A stretch of 19,041 bases of DNA. Source: Nanobdellota archaeon. Its GTDB lineage: Archaea; Nanobdellota; Nanobdellia; Nanobdellales; Nanobdellaceae. Below, piece by piece: positions 8,243-14,180 of the stretch. Positions within the stretch are counted from its first letter, which is position 1. Every line of letters begins with the position of its first letter. The position numbers and the translations under genes were made by a program. Where the stretch lies: contig JAIXNB010000025.1 of the NCBI GenBank assembly GCA_020697515.1, positions 1 through 19,041 on the forward strand, given 5' to 3'. The notes beneath the pieces are model-generated. The model saw nothing but the letters and a program-made list of their open reading frames with translations. It was not told the DNA's origin and made no database searches.

Positions 8243-8327
8243 TGCGGGGGCGGGGATTCGAACCCCGGACGGGCCTACACCCATCGGGTCTTGAGCCCGA
8301 CCCCTTGGGCCGCTCGGGCACCCCCGC
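8243..8327 (-). tRNA. tRNA-Leu (anticodon CAA), class II with a long variable arm; no intron and no encoded CCA
   Basis: The minus strand reads GCGGGGG-UG-CCCGAGCGGCCCAAGGGG-UCGGG-CUCAAGA-CCCGA-UGGGUGUAGGCCCGUC-CGGGG-UUCGAAU-CCCCG-CCCCCGC-A. This is a complete cloverleaf with 64 of 85 nt G+C by hand count. Confidence 0.95.
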
Positions 8328-8329
8328 TA

Positions 8330-8345
8330 TTTTAAATTTTTATTA
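8330..8345 (+). promoter_or_regulatory. AT-rich TATA region (TTTTAAATTTTTATTA) for C/D candidate 1
   Basis: The possible TATA octamers are centred 22-30 nt upstream of the C box at 8364. Confidence 0.35.
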
Positions 8346-8348
8346 GCC

Positions 8349-8360
8349 ATAAATTTTTAA
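8349..8360 (-). promoter_or_regulatory. TATA region (TTAAAAATTTAT on the minus strand) for tRNA-Leu
   Basis: It is centred about 26-29 nt upstream of tRNA position +1 (8327). Confidence 0.45.
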
Positions 8361-8363
8361 GGA

Positions 8364-8412
8364 GTGAAGATGCCGAGGACAGCTGATTTATGATGATTCT
8401 CTGTTACTCAGA
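8364..8412 (+). ncRNA. Candidate box C/D sRNA (candidate 1)
   Basis: The sequence reads GUGAAGA (C variant, 8364-8370), 12 nt (UGCCGAGGACAG), CUGA (D', 8383-8386), UUU, AUGAUGA (C', 8390-8396), 12 nt (UUCUCUGUUACU), CAGA (D variant, 8409-8412). The 12/3/12 spacing is exactly the canonical archaeal layout. It lies in the spacer between tRNA-Leu and apgM. Confidence 0.55.
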
Positions 8413-8422
8413 CACAGATAAA

Positions 8423-8430
8423 TTTATTTA
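8423..8430 (+). promoter_or_regulatory. TATA box (TTTATTTA) for apgM
   Basis: Its centre is 24.5 nt upstream of ATG 8451. Confidence 0.5.
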
Positions 8431-8450
8431 TTTAATCAACACCATTTTAC

Positions 8451-9710
8451 ATGGGTTACAAAACACTTTTCATTATTTTGGATGGTGTTGGTGATCACAT
8501 CATTAAAACCTTTCATGGTAAAACACCACTAGAAGCTGCGAAAAAACCCAACATAGATAAGCTTTGTCGTTTTGCAGAATGTGGTGTCGTGTCGCCTGTA
8601 GACATTGGTGTCGTTCCTGGAAGCGACACTGGGCATCTAGGCCTTTTTGGATATGATCCCTATAGATATTATCCCGGTAGGGGGGTTTTTGAGGCGCTTG
8701 GACTGAATATCAAGTTAGAGGAAGGAGATATAGCGTTTAGAGTCAACTTTGGAACTGTTGATAATAATTTTTTAATTATTGATAGAAGAGCCCAGAGAAA
8801 TCCAGAAGGAATAGATTCAATAATTAAAGAATTTAATAGTAAAGTTGGTGAGATTGAGAGCAAATACGGTGTTAAGATCATTCTAAAACATGGAGTAGAA
8901 CATAGAGGTGTGCTTGTAATAAAAGGGAAAAATTTATCCAATAAGATATCAGATATTGATGTACATAAAGTAGGAATTAAAGCAAAAGAAGTCAGCCCAT
9001 TAAATGATACAAAAAGTGCTAGGATAACTGCAGAGATTGTGAATAAAATAATAAGTTTATTTTATGATGTTTCTAAAAATCATGTAGCGAATGACAGAAG
9101 AAAAGAAAAAGGATTATTGCCAGTTAATTATTTGCTACTGCGTGGAGTATCAATGTATAAACCACTTAAAGATCAAGATACATTCTACAGTAGATATCAA
9201 CTTAAACCGGTATTTATTGCTGGCGCCCCAATGTATTTAGGTGTTGCAAAATATGTTGGAATGGATACTATAAAACCTGCTGGTGCAACTGGGACTGTAA
9301 ATACCTCTTTAGTATCCAAAGCTGAATCCGCTATATCGGCTAGACAAAAATACGACATAATTTTTGTACATATAAAGGCAACTGATACATTATCACATGA
9401 TAAAAACCCAAAAGGTAAGAAAAAATTTATAGAGCTTATAGATCAACGATTCTTCAGCAGAATAAAGGATGAATTTGATATAATTGTTTTAACTAGTGAC
9501 CATACGACGTCCTCCATTTTGGGAGAACATACAGCAGACCCTGTACCAATAATGATATATTCTGTAGAAGATATAATTCATAGAAAAGATTCTGTAAAAA
9601 ATTTTGCAGAAAGAAAATGTTATAAAGGAATTCTAGGACATTTAAAAGGCATACATATCATACGGCTTATTCTGAATAAAATAGGAAAGGGGATCAAATA
9701 TGGTACGTAA
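8451..9710 (+). CDS. apgM: 2,3-bisphosphoglycerate-independent phosphoglycerate mutase, archaeal type
   Basis: The N-terminal LFIILDGVGD, then PGSDTGHLGLFGYDP, and the C-terminal LTSDHTT...HTADPVP are typical of the archaeal ApgM family. Confidence 0.92.
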   Translation: MGYKTLFIILDGVGDHIIKTFHGKTPLEAAKKPNIDKLCRFAECGVVSPVDIGVVPGSDTGHLGLFGYDPYRYYPGRGVFEALGLNIKLEEGDIAFRVNFGTVDNNFLIIDRRAQRNPEGIDSIIKEFNSKVGEIESKYGVKIILKHGVEHRGVLVIKGKNLSNKISDIDVHKVGIKAKEVSPLNDTKSARITAEIVNKIISLFYDVSKNHVANDRRKEKGLLPVNYLLLRGVSMYKPLKDQDTFYSRYQLKPVFIAGAPMYLGVAKYVGMDTIKPAGATGTVNTSLVSKAESAISARQKYDIIFVHIKATDTLSHDKNPKGKKKFIELIDQRFFSRIKDEFDIIVLTSDHTTSSILGEHTADPVPIMIYSVEDIIHRKDSVKNFAERKCYKGILGHLKGIHIIRLILNKIGKGIKYGT

Positions 9711-10398
9711 TAACAATTCTTTAGATTATATCATTGCAAATTATGCGTATGGATTCCTAAAAAAAGAATTTGTAGAAACATTGCCTATAACAATCTCTGC
9801 ACAGAATCTAAAAGAAGAACAAGCTGTAGAAAAAGCAAGATCTTTAGTTATTGATACCCTAACAAATCTTTATTATCATCTCGAAGAGAAGTATCCAATA
9901 ACCAGAGAGAATTTAGAGTTCACTCCATTAGAACCTGAATTGATTATAGGGGGAAAAAGTAAAGTTACACCGGATGGGTATGACGTAGCTGTTGCAACAT
10001 ATAAAAAGCAGTTACGTGGCGATATCAAACTAAAATTCTATATAAGTTACGAACACAAGAATGGAAAAGCACGCAAGAGACCGTATGCACAACTACTAAC
10101 ATACGTTCTTATATCCACATATAAAATGAGAAAATATTTTAAAAAAAATGTAAAACCAATCTTTATTGGCTTTTTAATTAATAATGGGGGAAGGGTCATA
10201 AATGGTTTTATTGCGTCAAAATATGTAAGTAAAGAGAAAATTGAGTTATTTGTATATTGGCCAATGAGATCAAAATGTTTTAATTACTCATTAGACTACA
10301 AAATTCTGGCTGAAGGGATAAGAAACATAACTAAAGAAAATAAAAGTCTAAGGAAAGGATTAAAAAATGAGTTATACTACCTCTATGATTTAATATAA
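9700..10398 (+). CDS. Hypothetical 232-aa protein with a PD-(D/E)xK / QxxxY-like motif set (possible RecB/Cas4-superfamily nuclease fold)
   Basis: The ATG overlaps the end of apgM by 11 nt. The motifs are TPDGYD (D92/D95), DIK (108-110) and QLLTY (131-135), with spacing typical of RecB-family nuclease domains. There is no Cys cluster. The functional call is inference only. Confidence 0.6.
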   Translation: MVRNNNSLDYIIANYAYGFLKKEFVETLPITISAQNLKEEQAVEKARSLVIDTLTNLYYHLEEKYPITRENLEFTPLEPELIIGGKSKVTPDGYDVAVATYKKQLRGDIKLKFYISYEHKNGKARKRPYAQLLTYVLISTYKMRKYFKKNVKPIFIGFLINNGGRVINGFIASKYVSKEKIELFVYWPMRSKCFNYSLDYKILAEGIRNITKENKSLRKGLKNELYYLYDLI

Positions 10399-10407
10399 TA
10401 TCTAACT

Positions 10408-10413
10408 AAAAAA
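10408..10413 (-). terminator. Oligo-T tract (T6 on the minus strand) downstream of the uS3 gene
   Basis: The plus strand shows A6, 11 nt beyond the uS3 stop codon. Confidence 0.4.
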
Positions 10414-10423
10414 TCTGTGTGAT

Positions 10424-11140
10424 TTACTGTGTTATTCTTCTTTCTTTATTAATCCCTTCCTCTTCCAACAATTCTTGGAATTTCTTAGCAAGCTCTGGAT
10501 CTATTTCTTCTAATTCCTCTACCCTAACTTCATAAGGTTCCTTAATCTTTACTTCGTCGGGTAACCTTATATCTCCGGGTAATATCCTAACTTGCACTCC
10601 AATTACTCCCTGAGGGAGTATTGCTATATCTATAGCTTTTCTCACCCCTTCTTTATTAACTTCTCCTGACTTTTTCATATTTCCAGCAGAGAACCTTATT
10701 TTTGTAGCTCTTTCCCCAATGATTTTACCCGCCAATCTTATCTCAACACCCCTAGCTCCCGCTTCCATAACCTGCTGTATAATCCTAGATACAACCCTTC
10801 TAGCAGCTCTAGATCCTAGTCTTTCTATTCTTGTAGCGATTAACTCTGCAACGATATTTGCATCTAATAATGGATTATCAACAGGTATGGCTTCTATTTG
10901 TGGGTTTTTAAGTCCAAATTTGGTTTTTAATATTTTTGCAAGTTCTTGAGCTCTTTCATTAGCCTTTCCAAGAACAAATCTAGGCCTAGCACAATGGATA
11001 ATTATTTTTTCTCCTAATGGTGTATCATAATACTCTACTTTACTAATTAGTTTACCCTTTAAGTATTTCTTCACAAATAAGTGGATTAATGTTTCTTTTT
11101 TCCTCCAGTTAACTATCTTGCGGATAGCTTCTGAGACCAT
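10424..11140 (-). CDS. rps3: 30S ribosomal protein S3 (uS3)
   Basis: The KH-domain and uS3 blocks are RPRFVLGKANERAQEL, RAARRVVSRIIQQVMEAGARGVEIRLAGKI and GVIGVQVRI. Confidence 0.95.
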   Translation of the reverse strand: MVSEAIRKIVNWRKKETLIHLFVKKYLKGKLISKVEYYDTPLGEKIIIHCARPRFVLGKANERAQELAKILKTKFGLKNPQIEAIPVDNPLLDANIVAELIATRIERLGSRAARRVVSRIIQQVMEAGARGVEIRLAGKIIGERATKIRFSAGNMKKSGEVNKEGVRKAIDIAILPQGVIGVQVRILPGDIRLPDEVKIKEPYEVRVEELEEIDPELAKKFQELLEEEGINKERRITQ

Positions 11141-11655
11141 TCTTTTAATACATCTCCAACCAATCTTTTTAAAGCCTTTCGGGAGTACCTCTTTTCTGGA
11201 TCATATTGTTCTATCTCCATTGCTACTATTTCTACATGAGTTCTCTTTCTCCTTACTGTCCTCATCCTTATTCTCCCCCATACAGTAGTTCCTTTATGCA
11301 CTGCAGCGTGAATAATTATTAATTTATTAGTATTTAATCCTAAATACTGCGCATTTTTTTCTAAAGAATTAAGAAGCCTGAGAAAGTATTTGGCAACTTT
11401 CTCTGGATACCTACCAAATTTTATTGGGCCGTTTAAATCTTTTCTATGAGGTATATCTCTACAATATCTAAAGAATGGGATAGATCTCCTTTTGGTTATT
11501 ACGTCTTCCAGGTATTTTTTGGCTTTATTTAGTGGAAGATACTTAATCGCTCTAGCAACATGAACAGAGTTTTTTCTGGAGATTGGCAAATTCCACGCTC
11601 TTACAACTGCAATCTTCTTTGCAGATCTAAGCTCCTCCATGAGTTTAGCATCCAT
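11113..11655 (-). CDS. rpl22: 50S ribosomal protein L22 (uL22)
   Basis: The blocks are ISRKNSVHVARAIKYL, GRYPEKVAKYFLRLLNSLEKNAQYLGL and THVEIV. The C-terminal tail overlaps the uS3 start by 28 nt. Confidence 0.92.
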   Translation of the reverse strand: MDAKLMEELRSAKKIAVVRAWNLPISRKNSVHVARAIKYLPLNKAKKYLEDVITKRRSIPFFRYCRDIPHRKDLNGPIKFGRYPEKVAKYFLRLLNSLEKNAQYLGLNTNKLIIIHAAVHKGTTVWGRIRMRTVRRKRTHVEIVAMEIEQYDPEKRYSRKALKRLVGDVLKEWSQKLSAR

Positions 11656-11667
11656 TCTAAACGAACA

Positions 11668-11675
11668 TTATAAAT
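11668..11675 (+). promoter_or_regulatory. TATA box (TTATAAAT) for the 11701..13737 operon
   Basis: Its centre is 29.5 nt upstream of ATG 11701. Confidence 0.4.
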
Positions 11676-11677
11676 AC

Positions 11678-11685
11678 TTATAAAC
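11678..11685 (-). promoter_or_regulatory. TATA box (GTTTATAA on the minus strand) for uL22-uS3
   Basis: Its centre is 26.5 nt upstream of the uL22 ATG at 11655. Confidence 0.5.
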
Positions 11686-11700
11686 CTAAGTTATTATGAA

Positions 11701-12099
11701 ATGAAGCCAATAGAAATCCTAGTTGTCGTAATGTATTTGTCGTTTGTCTTACTACTTACAACATCACATTTTAACAACATAATTTCAGAAAGGAAAGCAA
11801 TAGTAAATTATTTAGAGAGATTCTATATAGGAAGGTTTGTTATAAAAACCCTAACAGAAAATGTTACTTTTACTTCAGGAATATGTAATTTATCTGAAAA
11901 CTTTACAAAAATATTTGATGAAGATACATATTTATCATTTTTAAGTAACAATAACATTAAAATCCCAATAAAAATCTCAGCCCAATATCTAAATGGGACA
12001 GTAATCGGTAATATAGGTGGGACTGGTAAAAATATAATAGAATTTAGGAGAGTTTGTAATTACAGAGGGCAAATGGTAATAGTAAAGGTATTAGTATGA
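11701..12099 (+). CDS. Small N-terminally membrane-anchored protein rich in N-glycosylation sequons (132 aa)
   Basis: There is a single N-terminal hydrophobic helix (ILVVVMYLSFVLLLTT). The sequons are NVT, NLS, NFT and NGT. It is the first gene of an ATGA-coupled operon. Confidence 0.6.
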   Translation: MKPIEILVVVMYLSFVLLLTTSHFNNIISERKAIVNYLERFYIGRFVIKTLTENVTFTSGICNLSENFTKIFDEDTYLSFLSNNNIKIPIKISAQYLNGTVIGNIGGTGKNIIEFRRVCNYRGQMVIVKVLV

Positions 12100-12425
12100 A
12101 CCCAATAATTGTACTAGAAATAATTATAAGTATTTTAGCAGTGGGGTATATGGTTAGCTTAGATGTTCCTATAAAGTTTGATACTAGGTATTATTTATTT
12201 GAAGACTTATATGCATCATTAATTACATTAAACTATCAAAATTATTCTAGTAAGAAAGTTTGTAACATTATAGAAAATGTAATTCCAAGAAATTATAAGT
12301 ATGTTGTATTTGAAAACGGTAATATAATTTGTGGAGAGAGTATAAAAGATTATTATTGGGGGATATCTCATTTCATAGAGTATAACAATACAATATACAA
12401 CATAACAATATTGATAACGAGATGA
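12096..12425 (+). CDS. Small N-terminally membrane-anchored protein rich in sequons (109 aa)
   Basis: It shares an ATGA overlap with the upstream ORF. The N-terminal hydrophobic helix is PIIVLEIIISILAVGYMV. The sequons are NYS, NNT and NIT. Confidence 0.6.
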   Translation: MNPIIVLEIIISILAVGYMVSLDVPIKFDTRYYLFEDLYASLITLNYQNYSSKKVCNIIENVIPRNYKYVVFENGNIICGESIKDYYWGISHFIEYNNTIYNITILITR

Positions 12426-12712
12426 GGTCTCAATTTGTGATACTTCTAACAGTCTTCATCCTATTTTCATGGTATAATGTATACAAAGCTCTAAATATTG
12501 AATATTCTGTATATGAGTCTAATATTGAAAAATACATTGCATATTCATTCTGGCACGAGATATATACAACCGATAATATAACTCTTAGAATACTTATTAA
12601 CGATACTTATTATGCATACTGTAAGGAAATTGGATTAAAATGTATATTTAATGGTACGCATGTTATAGTAAGATCCCCAACAAAATTATATGTTTTAAGA
12701 ATTAAACAATAA
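12422..12712 (+). CDS. Small N-terminally membrane-anchored protein rich in sequons (96 aa)
   Basis: It shares an ATGA overlap with the upstream ORF. The N-terminal hydrophobic helix is FVILLTVFILFSW. The sequons are NIT, NDT and NGT. Confidence 0.6.
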   Translation: MRSQFVILLTVFILFSWYNVYKALNIEYSVYESNIEKYIAYSFWHEIYTTDNITLRILINDTYYAYCKEIGLKCIFNGTHVIVRSPTKLYVLRIKQ

Positions 12713-12714
12713 AA

Positions 12715-13737
12715 TTGGTAGTAATCGCTGGAATAGATGTAGGAACAACTACCGCGATAGCACTATTGGATGAAAACAAAAGAATAGTAGACAGTATCAG
12801 TAAGAAGAATTTCTCTGAAAGAGAGATAATTAGTTATATATCAAATAAAACGCATTTGGTGTTACTTTCAACAGATAAATCTAAGATTCCTGCTAGAATT
12901 AAAAAAATAGCTGCTAGGCTAAATTTAGGTGTTTTTGCTCCTAAAAAAGACTTACCGCTAGAGTACAAGAAAAGATTTTATGCTAATAGAAAACTCAGAG
13001 AAATTCTTAAAAACATTCATGAGTTTGATGCATATATAGCGGCATATTATGCTATAGATCAAGTAAGAGATATAATAATAAAGACTAAAAAAGTAACTAA
13101 CGACATAAACAAACAGGCAACCATCCTTAGGAAATACTTTAGGAATCTCAAAAAAGAGCCAGTAACTATTTATAGAGAACTTTTCGAAAACAAAAAGAGA
13201 AACACTATAGAAAAGAACAAGGATATTAACAATAATAGAGAAATTAAAAGGAGAATTAAAGAAGAAGGTGGGCGAGCAAAATCTATTAAAATAGTAGTCA
13301 AAAGAGTATCTAAAGAAGATAGAATCATCAAGGATAGGTTATCTGAACTAACAAAACTACTTTCAAGATATATCACAGCTTTAGATATTATTTCTGAGAG
13401 TATATTAAAGAAAAAGACAGAAGAATTAATACCAAAAATATCTTATGTTGAAAAGAAAAAAATTAGCATAAAGAGAGTATTTTTGGATGATAGTAACTAT
13501 ATAGATAGAGTTTACAAATATAGAGAAATTTTTATATTGAGGGATAAGTTCGAACAAATTAAAGAAAAAATGTATTCAAAAAAAGTATATTTAGTGGATG
13601 AATATATAGATGTTATAACGTTTATAATACCAAAAAAATACGAAGAAATTGCTTTAAATGATAATAAAGAAAATATATCTGAAGTAAAAAGAAAAATAAA
13701 AGAAATAATAAGGAAATATCGATATTGTAAAATGTAA
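12715..13737 (+). CDS. DUF460/COG2433-like protein: RNase H-fold N-terminal domain plus a K/E/R-rich, coiled-coil-like region
   Basis: The TTG start lies 2 nt after the upstream stop. The N-terminal VIAGIDVGTTTAIALLDEN matches the first-strand acidic motif of RuvC/YqgF-like DUF460 proteins. The central region of residues ~150-230 is highly charged. Confidence 0.65.
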   Translation: MVVIAGIDVGTTTAIALLDENKRIVDSISKKNFSEREIISYISNKTHLVLLSTDKSKIPARIKKIAARLNLGVFAPKKDLPLEYKKRFYANRKLREILKNIHEFDAYIAAYYAIDQVRDIIIKTKKVTNDINKQATILRKYFRNLKKEPVTIYRELFENKKRNTIEKNKDINNNREIKRRIKEEGGRAKSIKIVVKRVSKEDRIIKDRLSELTKLLSRYITALDIISESILKKKTEELIPKISYVEKKKISIKRVFLDDSNYIDRVYKYREIFILRDKFEQIKEKMYSKKVYLVDEYIDVITFIIPKKYEEIALNDNKENISEVKRKIKEIIRKYRYCKM

Positions 13738-13846
13738 ACTTGTTTCTACATTAAAATAAAAGTATGGAATCCAGTTGTCTGTTATATTTAGTTTTATTAT
13801 ATCATAATTAGCAAGTAAGCAAAATAAACATATTAAGTATTAGACT

Positions 13847-13870
13847 ACCCCCTCCCCTTTCCGAGTGGAA
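13847..13870 (-). repeat. ORB-like origin recognition element, left copy (inverted)
   Basis: The plus strand reads ACCCCCTCCCCTTTCCGAGTGGAA. Its reverse complement is TTCCACTCGGAAAGGGGAGGGGGT. Confidence 0.75.
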
Positions 13871-13989
13871 GATGCAAAGTAGAGGAGAATATAGAATGTA
13901 AGGTTAGTAATGTATAAAATATTATGTATTACTATTTACTACTAGTAAATAGTAATAAAAGTTCGGAATATATACACCTGTGAAATAAT
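13871..13989. other. Candidate duplex unwinding element of oriC, including a 31-bp perfect palindrome at 13927..13957
   Basis: This is the 119-bp segment between the inverted ORB-like copies, about 25% G+C by hand count. The palindrome is TATTACTATTTACTA-C-TAGTAAATAGTAATA. Confidence 0.65.
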
Positions 13990-14014
13990 TTCCACTCGGA
14001 AGGGGGAGGGTGGT
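13990..14014 (+). repeat. ORB-like origin recognition element, right copy
   Basis: It reads TTCCACTCGGAAGGGGGAGGGTGGT. The 12-nt dyad core is identical to the left copy, and the G-string tail differs at 2 positions. Confidence 0.75.
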
Positions 14015-14151
14015 CCCGTAAAATATATATATCTTATAAATTCTGTGATTATCTACATGTTAGTAAAAATTTGAAATAACTTTTATATGTTGTGACTAGA
14101 GTAACATAAAATAGTTTATTAAAGTTACGTAAATTTTATAAATGAACTATC

Positions 14152-14159
14152 TTTATAAT
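14152..14159 (+). promoter_or_regulatory. TATA box (TTTATAAT) for orc1/cdc6
   Basis: Its centre is 25.5 nt upstream of ATG 14181. This supports ATG 14181 over the TTG at 14172 as the start. Confidence 0.5.
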
Positions 14160-14180
14160 AATATTCTCTAATTGTCATAC

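Noticed and set aside
13766-13777. A possible third ORB or mini-ORB (GGAATCCAGTTG) at the left edge of the origin spacer
   Set aside because: It shares only TCCAGT with the classical mini-ORB, shares no more than GGAA with the TTCCACTCGGAA core found here, and has no G-string. It is too weak to call.
14172-14180. The TTG start for cdc6 used by the ORF track
   Set aside because: An in-frame ATG follows 3 codons later at 14181. It sits 25.5 nt from the centre of a TTTATAAT box, the same spacing as at other genes here. The TTG cannot be excluded without N-terminal data.
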